Virus record (IMG/VR): IMGVR_UViG_3300032931_001151 | Location: 150,201 to 214,200 of that record | DNA: 64,000 nt | Reading direction: 5' to 3' (one strand) | Program-made: the position numbers and the translations under genes | Notes under the pieces: generated by a model | Databases searched by the model: none | Seen by the model: the letters and a program-made list of their open reading frames with translations, nothing else | What the model was told of the DNA's origin: nothing | Shown: piece by piece, positions 58,445-64,000 of the stretch | How positions within the stretch are numbered: position 1 is the first letter of the stretch | Layout: every line of letters begins with the position of its first letter

Positions 58445-58714
58445 ATGAAAGATTCAAAATATGGCATATTTCAAGAATATATAAGATGCTATAGAGATAT
58501 ACTCATTTATATAAAAAAGTATGAACATGATAGCGATGAAATCACTAAGGATAGATTTGAAAGTAAAAGGTTAAAATTAATAGATATGGAAGAAAACGAA
58601 TCGTTTATTGTTAATATTCTATCTATATTAGAAATGCCTAGCACACAAGATATTTGTATTACGAGTAGTTTCCCAAGTAATATTTTGAAATGCACTACAT
58701 ATAATAAAAATTAA
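58445..58714 (+). CDS. Hypothetical protein in the tRNA array
   Basis: AAAGGA SD. Confidence 0.55.
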   Translation: MKDSKYGIFQEYIRCYRDILIYIKKYEHDSDEITKDRFESKRLKLIDMEENESFIVNILSILEMPSTQDICITSSFPSNILKCTTYNKN

Positions 58715-58730
58715 TTTATATAGAATTTAT

Positions 58731-58805
58731 GCCGGGGTCGTATATGAGGTAATACGCAAGTCTGAAGAACTTGATCAACGGATTCGAGCGCCGTCCCCGG
58801 CACCA
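58731..58805 (+). tRNA. tRNA-Phe(GAA)
   Basis: GCCGGGG/CCCCGGC; CT-GAA-GA; CCA. Confidence 0.85.
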
Positions 58806-58850
58806 TTTACATAGGGTTACAACTCCCATAGTTAAAAGTTGAAACTTTGT

Positions 58851-58927
58851 GGGTTGCAAGCATAAATGGAAGGATGCCATCGATTCTTAATCGATAGAGT
58901 AGGGTTCGAATCCCTAGCGACCCACCA
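58851..58927 (+). tRNA. tRNA-Lys(CTT)
   Basis: GGGTTGC/GCGACCC; TT-CTT-AA; TTCGAAT; CCA. Confidence 0.9.
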
Positions 58928-58930
58928 CAT

Positions 58931-59019
58931 GGATTAGGCAATTGCAGGAGATGCAACATTGTTTGGAAAACAATTGGGGCCTTTACGGGCCTTTGGAGCG
59001 TAACCAAGCTAATCCGCCA
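58931..59019 (+). tRNA. tRNA-Ser(GGA), atypical D- and T-arms
   Basis: GGATTAG/CTAATCC; ATTGT-TTGGAAA-ACAAT; long variable arm; G73; CCA. Confidence 0.75.
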
Positions 59020-59024
59020 TTTTT

Positions 59025-59114
59025 GGAAATACGGGAACATAGTTGTTCAAATAGTTTCGAAAACTATCCTTGGTCTTAATTGGCCTAACCGTGCGATTCG
59101 GTGTATTTCCTCCA
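59025..59114 (+). tRNA. tRNA-Ser(CGA), 8/4 acceptor/T-stem fold
   Basis: GGAAATAC/GTATTTCC 8 bp; ACCG/CGGT T-stem; TT-CGA-AA; CCA. Confidence 0.75.
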
Positions 59115-59148
59115 ACTTCGTGATATAATAAATAGTACGAGAGGCAAT

Positions 59149-59937
59149 ATGAATATAACAATTGATCACGATAACGATGGTTTTGGCGCACAAATGATGG
59201 GTATTATATCTGCTATAGCATATGCAAAATTTCATGAACATACTTATTATCACACACCAAGAAAAAATATAAAATTGGTTGGGATAGAAGAACCTCAGAA
59301 TGCGGAGATTGATAAAATTAATGAGTTTTTAAACACATTTATGAAAAATTTGGGAATAAATTTAATGCCATCTGAAATTTTACTTGACGGAGAGGGTAAA
59401 CCAAAATTTACATGTGAAGTTAGGCCACATTTTCATGACGAAATATATTACAACGGATCAAACTATTATACGAAAGAATTTAATACATATCTAAGACAAA
59501 ATTATCCACTTACTAAACCTAACTATTATGAAAATATGCATAATATAGCAATTCACATTAGAAGGGGATCTGATATAGATTCACCATCGCAACGGCATAA
59601 TAGATGGATTGATTCAAACGTTTATAATTGTCTTATAGACTTAATACACGTAAAATATCCAAATAGTATTATACATGTATTTTCTTGGGGTGATCCAGAA
59701 ATAGAGATAAAACCGTTCATAGTATTTCATTCATCAAATAGTGGTTCAACATTTTTAGATGACTATAATGCATTAGTTTGGGCCGACATATTGGTAGTGG
59801 GGTCAAGTACTTTTAGTCTTTCTGCCGCTCTTATAAACAATAATAAAATAATAATTGATGGGGCATTTTATAAATTAAATGGTATGTACATACCAAATGA
59901 ATGGATGCAAAATTTTAAAGAATTTTATGTAATGTGA
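59149..59937 (+). CDS. GT11-like (alpha-1,2-fucosyl/colitosyl-transferase-like) glycosyltransferase
   Basis: DGFGAQ; IAIHIRRGSD; ADIL..G.STFS; true start after the tRNA-Ser(CGA). Confidence 0.75.
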   Translation: MNITIDHDNDGFGAQMMGIISAIAYAKFHEHTYYHTPRKNIKLVGIEEPQNAEIDKINEFLNTFMKNLGINLMPSEILLDGEGKPKFTCEVRPHFHDEIYYNGSNYYTKEFNTYLRQNYPLTKPNYYENMHNIAIHIRRGSDIDSPSQRHNRWIDSNVYNCLIDLIHVKYPNSIIHVFSWGDPEIEIKPFIVFHSSNSGSTFLDDYNALVWADILVVGSSTFSLSAALINNNKIIIDGAFYKLNGMYIPNEWMQNFKEFYVM

Positions 59938-59986
59938 AATATTATAGAATAAAGAATTATTCTAAAGATTATGAAAAAATTAAAAT

Positions 59987-60078
59987 GGATCGGTGAGTGA
60001 GCGGTCAAAACTAGAAATTTACTAAATTTCCGATCCCAGAAATGGGGTCCGTAGGTTCGAATCCTACCCGATCCGCCA
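59987..60078 (+). tRNA. tRNA-Ser(ACT)
   Basis: GGATCGG/CCGATCC; GAAAT-TTACTAA-ATTTC; long variable arm; G73; CCA. Confidence 0.85.
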
Positions 60079-60081
60079 TAT

Positions 60082-60174
60082 GGAGAGAACAACCGAGAAT
60101 AGTTTTCGGCACTGATTTGAAATCAGAGGGTTCCGTGCAAACGGGATAAGGTGCGATACCTTGGCTCTCCACCA
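60082..60174 (+). tRNA. tRNA-Ser(TGA), extended D-stem
   Basis: GGAGAG/CTCTCC; CTGA-TTTGAAA-TCAG; long variable arm; CCA. Confidence 0.75.
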
Positions 60175-60176
60175 TC

Positions 60177-60204
60177 TTGACAATATATTAAAATATGCTA
60201 TAAT
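60177..60204 (+). promoter_or_regulatory. Sigma70 promoter with extended -10 directly upstream of the suppressor tRNA
   Basis: TTGACA-16 nt-TATAAT with TG extension. Confidence 0.75.
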
Positions 60205-60214
60205 GAACTCACAT

Positions 60215-60286
60215 GGGTCATTGACCGAGTGGCACAGGTGATGGGTTCTAAACCCATTTAGAAGTGTTCAAATCACTTATGACTCA
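60215..60286 (+). tRNA. Amber suppressor tRNA (anticodon CTA)
   Basis: GGGTCAT/ATGACTC; ATGGG-TT-CTA-AA-CCCAT; AAGTG-TTCAAAT-CACTT; A73; followed by CAA, not CCA. Confidence 0.8.
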
Positions 60287-60319
60287 CAATTATAAATAAA
60301 CACTAGCAAAGGAGCTAAT

Positions 60320-60430
60320 ATGATTGCTTAGAAGAAATTAGAATATGGGTAGGTAGGTTGTCGTGGACCTCCTATTTGTTATTGGTTGAATAATCTCAAA
60401 TTAACACCAATAACAAGGAATATAATATGA
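60320..60430 (+). promoter_or_regulatory. Leader ORF with two in-frame UAG codons, coupled to the downstream gene
   Basis: AAAGGAG SD; MIA*KKLEYG*VGCRGPPICYWLNNLKLTPITRNII-TGA; TGA overlaps ATG 60427; hairpin 60376-60416 abuts and covers the downstream SD. Confidence 0.7.
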
Positions 60431-60855
60431 ATAAAAAAGAATTGATTGCTAAGATTAAAGAAGAAATTAAAGTCACTTCCGAGATCCTTAGAATAAATAA
60501 AAAGACTCACAAACAAAACCAAAGAATGTATTCACAAGGCACAAGACCTTTTGAGTTAATTCAACTTTATCCGTTTGATGTGGAAAAGGTAACACCTTTT
60601 AATCATAATTATGTAAAAGTAATTGATGGAAAACATTATTGGAACTATAGTTACAACGAAACTCCATGCAATGCGGGCATTGAGTCGGCAAAGTGCCACT
60701 TGACTTGTCTACATATTGTGTATAATATGCTTCGTACAAAAAAGACGCATTGCCACAACATTGAAAGGAATGATTATTATGTTAAATATTTTGATAAGCT
60801 CATACAAGGATATCTTAGCCAAGTGGAAGAGGAACAAAATGTTGTCGTATCCTGA
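60427..60855 (+). CDS. Hypothetical protein preceding the PTH2-like gene
   Basis: AAGGA SD; LHIVYNMLR motif. Confidence 0.65.
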   Translation: MNKKELIAKIKEEIKVTSEILRINKKTHKQNQRMYSQGTRPFELIQLYPFDVEKVTPFNHNYVKVIDGKHYWNYSYNETPCNAGIESAKCHLTCLHIVYNMLRTKKTHCHNIERNDYYVKYFDKLIQGYLSQVEEEQNVVVS

Positions 60856-61210
60856 ACCACCATCTTTAGAAGAAGCACTAAAACAAGTTAGAATGTATGT
60901 TTTAGTAAGAAGGGAAATTTTACCTTTAGTCCATTGTGTTTGTCAATGTACACATGCGGTAGCCGAATTTATTCATTATCATCAAAATGATAATACTAAA
61001 TTATGGGTTACATGTGAAAAAACTTTAATTGTTTTAGAAGCGACGGAAGACCAAATAAAAGAAAAAATGATTTGGTTTGCTGACCGTCATATGAATTATC
61101 AACCTTTTTGTGAACCGGATATGAATAATGTTCTAACGGCGGTTGCGTTTCAACCAATTACAAAACAAATTGGTAATGAAGTTTTTGGTAACTTAAAGCT
61201 TCTAAAATAA
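60839..61210 (+). CDS. Peptidyl-tRNA hydrolase, PTH2-like phage family
   Basis: YVLVRR; Q..HAVAEF; W.....LIVL; F.EPDM...LTAVA. Confidence 0.7.
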   Translation: MLSYPEPPSLEEALKQVRMYVLVRREILPLVHCVCQCTHAVAEFIHYHQNDNTKLWVTCEKTLIVLEATEDQIKEKMIWFADRHMNYQPFCEPDMNNVLTAVAFQPITKQIGNEVFGNLKLLK

Positions 61211-61223
61211 TATTTAAAAATGA

Positions 61224-61262
61224 CCCGTCCAAGTATAAATAAGTTTATAACACTTGGACGGG
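61224..61262 (+). promoter_or_regulatory. 11-bp hairpin enclosing a late promoter and sequestering the SD of the endonuclease gene
   Basis: CCCGTCCAAGT...ACTTGGACGGG; TATAAATA 61234-61241; ATG 61271. Confidence 0.8.
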
Positions 61263-61270
61263 ACACTATT

Positions 61271-61897
61271 ATGAATGAAAATGTACTTAGAAAAGATAAA
61301 CAAAAATTACATCTTATTAAAAAATTAAGATGTATTATGGATCATGGCGGAAAATGTAAACATTGTGGAAAGGATTTAATAATAAACCACTACGATGCAG
61401 ATTTTCATCATATAGACCCTTCGATTAAAGAAGTTGTGGGGCATTCTTTAATGAATGGGCATTATTACAAAATAAAAAAAGAAGTTGATAAGTGTATTTT
61501 ATTATGTGGATCGTGTCATAGGTATGAACATTGTAAATGGAAAGATTGGATTAATCACAAAGAAGAATTACTTTCTTTAGCAAAAAATATTCATAATAGG
61601 AGAACCATAGAAGATACACAACAACGTATTAAAAAAATTAAAGAATTATATTTAAGCGGTAATGGTATAAGACAAATAGCAAAAATATTAGGAATACCTG
61701 TATCCTCTGTTGGATATACAATTAAGAAATTGGGTATAGGTAGACCATTTATTACTAAAGTGTCTAATGAAGAATTGATAGAATGTTTTAAGCAAGGAAT
61801 GACAGCAAGTGAGGTTTCAAAAAAATATAATTGTTGTTATGCAAACTGTTGTAGAAAACATAAAAAATGGAGAAATAAAAAAAGTAAGCTGCTATAG
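61271..61897 (+). CDS. HNH-type homing endonuclease with C-terminal HTH domains
   Basis: CKHCG; DFHHID; CILLCGSCHRYEH; GIRQIAKILG. Confidence 0.8.
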   Translation: MNENVLRKDKQKLHLIKKLRCIMDHGGKCKHCGKDLIINHYDADFHHIDPSIKEVVGHSLMNGHYYKIKKEVDKCILLCGSCHRYEHCKWKDWINHKEELLSLAKNIHNRRTIEDTQQRIKKIKELYLSGNGIRQIAKILGIPVSSVGYTIKKLGIGRPFITKVSNEELIECFKQGMTASEVSKKYNCCYANCCRKHKKWRNKKSKLL

Positions 61898-61961
61898 TAT
61901 AATGGTATTATGCGATCTTGGTATGATTGAGACGGAAGTTCGATTCTTCCTGGCAGCACCA
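61888..61961 (+). tRNA. tRNA-Thr(GGT)
   Basis: GCTGCTA/TGGCAGC; TT-GGT-AT; CCA; overlaps the endonuclease stop. Confidence 0.85.
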
Positions 61962-62027
61962 TTCAAGTTACACTTTTTTCTAAGAGTTTTGTGTTTCCAA
62001 GCAAGCAAACGAAAAAACTTAGTGCAT

Positions 62028-62101
62028 ACAGTAATAGTATAACGGAATTATTTTCCACTCCAAACGGAAAGATCGTGGTCCGACTCCACGTTACTGTGCC
62101 A
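62028..62101 (+). tRNA. tRNA-Trp(CCA)
   Basis: ACAGTAA/TTACTGT; CT-CCA-AA; CCA end. Confidence 0.75.
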
Positions 62102-62106
62102 ATCAT

Positions 62107-62182
62107 ATCCGTTTAGCTCATTAGGAAGAGTTTCTTGGTCCTAACAAGAAGGTAGTAGGTTCGAATCCTACAACGGATGCCA
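62107..62182 (+). tRNA. tRNA-Arg(CCT)
   Basis: ATCCGTT/AACGGAT; GT-CCT-AA; CCA. Confidence 0.85.
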
Positions 62183-62193
62183 AAATTTAGTAT

Positions 62194-62267
62194 ACCCGGT
62201 TCATCTAATGGAAGGATATAAAACTACGAATTTTATCATTTAGGTTCGAATCCTAAGCCGGGTGCCA
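62194..62267 (+). tRNA. tRNA-Arg(ACG)
   Basis: ACCCGGT/GCCGGGT; CT-ACG-AA; CCA. Confidence 0.9.
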
Positions 62268-62270
62268 TTT

Positions 62271-62393
62271 CTCTAGATGCATTAAAGGATTACACCAAAC
62301 AGTGGATTGTAGGTTCAACTCCTACCAAGTGAAAGCTTGTAGCTTAATTGGCAAAGCAACCGTCAAAAACATCTTTTAAACTTTTTGCTAGAG
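62271..62393 (+). ncRNA. Circularly permuted tRNA-like RNA (T-arm, loop-closed acceptor stem, D-arm); Y-RNA/YrlA-like architecture
   Basis: GTAGG-TTCAACT-CCTAC; CAAGT-GAAA-GCTTG; TA-GCTT-AATTGGCA-AAGC. Confidence 0.65.
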
Positions 62394-62405
62394 AATCTTT
62401 TTCAT

Positions 62406-62495
62406 GCGGATGTGTTGGAATTGGCAGACATCATAGTTTTAGACACTATGGCGAAATTAAGTAGCGTGCAGGTTCAACTCCTGTCGTCCGCACCA
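62406..62495 (+). tRNA. tRNA-Leu(TAG)
   Basis: GCGGATG/CGTCCGC; TT-TAG-AC; long variable arm; CCA. Confidence 0.9.
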
Positions 62496-62499
62496 AATT

Positions 62500-62636
62500 G
62501 TTGTCGTGTAGCTCAGTGGTTAGAGCGAATTTTTGAGGAAACGAGAAATTGTTTCTAGGTCGCAAATAGTGACCGTTCAAAATTGTGCGGGTAAAAATGT
62601 CTTTAGTGACATGGTTCGATTCCCCCTACGACAACA
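62500..62636 (+). ncRNA. tRNA-like RNA with a branched insert replacing the anticodon loop
   Basis: GTTGTCGT/ACGACAAC; canonical D-arm GCTCAGTGGTTAGAGC; TTCGATT T-loop; no 7-nt anticodon loop. Confidence 0.6.
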
Positions 62637-62646
62637 TCTTTTTCAA

Positions 62647-62732
62647 GCGTCTATGGAGAAATAGAAGACTCGTGAGACTAAGAATCTCATTCCGTAAATG
62701 GAGTACAAGTGCAAGTCTTGTTAGGCGCACCA
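62647..62732 (+). tRNA. tRNA-Leu(AAG)
   Basis: GCGTCTA/TAGGCGC; TGAGA-CTAAGAA-TCTCA; CCA. Confidence 0.85.
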
Positions 62733-62747
62733 TTTTGTAAAATCCAC

Positions 62748-62835
62748 GGGGGCGTGGTGAAATAGAAAACACACAACGCTTAAAACGTTGCGGATAGAAA
62801 TATCCTTGCAGGTGCAAGTCCTGTCGCCCCTACCA
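62748..62835 (+). tRNA. tRNA-Leu(TAA)
   Basis: GGGGGCG/CGCCCCT; CT-TAA-AA; CCA. Confidence 0.9.
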
Positions 62836-62840
62836 ATTAC

Positions 62841-62914
62841 GCCGATTTAGTATAGTGACATTACAATTGATTCGTATCCAATAAACGATGGTTTAATTCC
62901 ATCAATCGGCACCA
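62841..62914 (+). tRNA. tRNA-Thr(CGT)
   Basis: GCCGATT/AATCGGC; TT-CGT-AT; T-loop TTTAATT; CCA. Confidence 0.75.
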
Positions 62915-62915
62915 G

Positions 62916-63344
62916 TTATTCGTGAAATAGTTTCTTTACTTTATTCGTAAGTTCAACATTTTCTACTAATTTAGGAATGACCATTCCAAATTCTCTACCT
63001 TTAGTTTTAATATAAGGAAATGCAATCATAAGAATATCGAGTAACTCTCTATATTTTCTAAAGTTTTCTATAAATTGTTTTTTATCTTTTATCTCTTTTA
63101 TGTTGTTTAAATTGGACAATAAAGAAATAAAACAAACTAAATCATCGTTATTCTTAAAGTGATCTAATGATATATTGGTAGAGTTGGTTAAATCGTCGTC
63201 AATTTGTGATTTTGAGGGTACTAATGGTTCTATTTTTTTAGGAGTTGGTCTTGACTTCCATTTATCAAAAAAACCTTCAATTAATTGTAAATCTTCTGTT
63301 AAACTTGATAAATCTTCATTTAATTCTTGTTGTTCTAATGGCAT
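62916..63344 (-). CDS. Late hypothetical protein (MPLEQQELNE...)
   Basis: AGGGGAG SD; TATAAATA 63364-63371 (-). Confidence 0.65.
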   Translation of the reverse strand: MPLEQQELNEDLSSLTEDLQLIEGFFDKWKSRPTPKKIEPLVPSKSQIDDDLTNSTNISLDHFKNNDDLVCFISLLSNLNNIKEIKDKKQFIENFRKYRELLDILMIAFPYIKTKGREFGMVIPKLVENVELTNKVKKLFHE

Positions 63345-63408
63345 AATGACTCCCCTATTGACATATTTATAATGAGGACTATAATAAATATAAGAAAAGG
63401 GGTATAAA

Positions 63409-63639
63409 ATGAGTACTCTAGAACTCTTAAATAATGAAGACCTAGATTGCCTAGATGGTATGCTCATCTTTGGCATGAATGGGGATATTAATCGGTATAA
63501 CGTGTGTAAACTTAAGGTTGATGAATATTTAGTGGAAGAAGCCATTAAGGAATATGGATTAAAAGATGCTTTAAAAGAAAAAGTAATTACCCAAAAAGAG
63601 GCTAACGAGTATCTTGAAAAGCATAAGTTTGTTGCATAA
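63409..63639 (+). CDS. Hypothetical protein
   Basis: AAGGGG SD. Confidence 0.55.
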   Translation: MSTLELLNNEDLDCLDGMLIFGMNGDINRYNVCKLKVDEYLVEEAIKEYGLKDALKEKVITQKEANEYLEKHKFVA

Positions 63640-63640
63640 T

Positions 63641-63714
63641 GGGCGTTTAGTTTAATGGAAAAACATCTCTTTTACACGGAGAATTCGGGGGTTCGATTCC
63701 CTCAATGCCTACCA
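63641..63714 (+). tRNA. tRNA-Val(TAC)
   Basis: GGGCGTT/AATGCCT; TT-TAC-AC; CCA. Confidence 0.9.
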
Positions 63715-63718
63715 ATAT

Positions 63719-63804
63719 GCGGAGTGAAGTCCAATGGCCGGACATCAGATTGTGGCTCTGAGTGCGAAAGCACATTGCGGGTTCGAATCCCGTCACTTCG
63801 CCCA
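63719..63804 (+). tRNA. tRNA-His(GTG) with long variable arm
   Basis: G-1:C73; TCAGA-TTGTGGC-TCTGA; GTGC-GAAA-GCAC extra arm; CCA. Confidence 0.85.
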
Positions 63805-63809
63805 TTTAC

Positions 63810-63885
63810 GGTGGATTAGTTATTCGGCAATAACAGTAGTATCATAAACTACACAAAAAGGGTTCGACTCCCTTATCCACTACCA
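63810..63885 (+). tRNA. tRNA-Met or Ile2 (CAT)
   Basis: GGTGGAT/ATCCACT; AT-CAT-AA; CCA. Confidence 0.8.
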
Positions 63886-63937
63886 ATTTTCTATTCTACA
63901 ATTCCCCTATTATAAATAAGTTAATAAGGGGCTTTCA

Positions 63938-64000
63938 ATGAACTTTAAGCAATTTTATAAAGAAGGTTTAGTCCGTACTCCTACGGACGATATTCGTAAA
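63938..64000 (+). CDS. Partial late ORF (MNFKQFYKEG...)
   Basis: TATAAATA 63911-63918; AAGGGG SD. Confidence 0.55.
   Translation, partial: MNFKQFYKEGLVRTPTDDIRK

Noticed and set aside
60082-60174. Selenocysteine tRNA
   Set aside because: The anticodon is TGA (reads UCA, Ser), not TCA, despite the Sec-like D-arm.
60215-60286. Pyrrolysine tRNA
   Set aside because: It has a 5-bp anticodon stem, a large D-loop, two nucleotides between acceptor and D stems, and A73; no pyl genes are seen.
62500-62636. tmRNA or group I intron-containing tRNA
   Set aside because: Only ~135 nt, with no tag ORF and no intron core; kept as a tRNA-like RNA.
1466-63372. Numerous antisense or overlapping ORFs in the track (e.g. 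2038..2376, 5105..5470, 33227..33598, 39418..39933, 53876..54220, 58123..58359, 58807..59253)
   Set aside because: Shadows of real genes or tRNAs, with no SD or recognisable motifs.
1-64000. Genome-wide TAG recoding (code 15)
   Set aside because: All recognisable genes are full length under code 11; the only suggestive in-frame TAGs are in the 60320 leader.

Overview
AT-rich segment of a large T4-like (jumbo) myophage genome read in standard code 11. It has four parts. (1) 1-8.5 kb: late/virion genes (gp2-like, gp4, acidic putative internal head proteins), plus RNase H and a RuvC-like resolvase. (2) 8.5-38.7 kb: a nearly complete T4-type replication/recombination core (uvsY, uvsW, 46, 47, 55, 43, uvsX, 41, 59-like, 32, topo II, 45, 44, 62, regA, 61, 52), interleaved with sugar genes. 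(3) 27.6-30 kb and 38.7-51.6 kb: a large glycan-building set (RmlB, RmlC-RmlD fusion, Gmd, Fcl/ColC, ColD, an AsnB-type amidotransferase and about a dozen glycosyltransferases of GT2, GT10, GT11-like, GT29-like and DUF616 types). (4) 53-64 kb: class II RNR and a tRNA array of 22 tRNA genes and 2 tRNA mimics. The most striking signals are in the tRNA array and are missing from the ORF track. A 38-codon Ser-rich leader peptide with a terminator/antiterminator switch sits in front of the array, and its codons match the anticodons encoded downstream. An amber-suppressor tRNA is followed by a leader containing two in-frame UAG codons that is translationally coupled to a gene pair ending in a peptidyl-tRNA hydrolase. 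The array also holds several non-canonical (Sec-like, 8/4) tRNA-Ser, rare A34 tRNAs and a circularly permuted tRNA-like RNA. Together these suggest a translation-sensing, inducible tRNA rescue system. All product calls are from motif recognition by eye; no searches were run.
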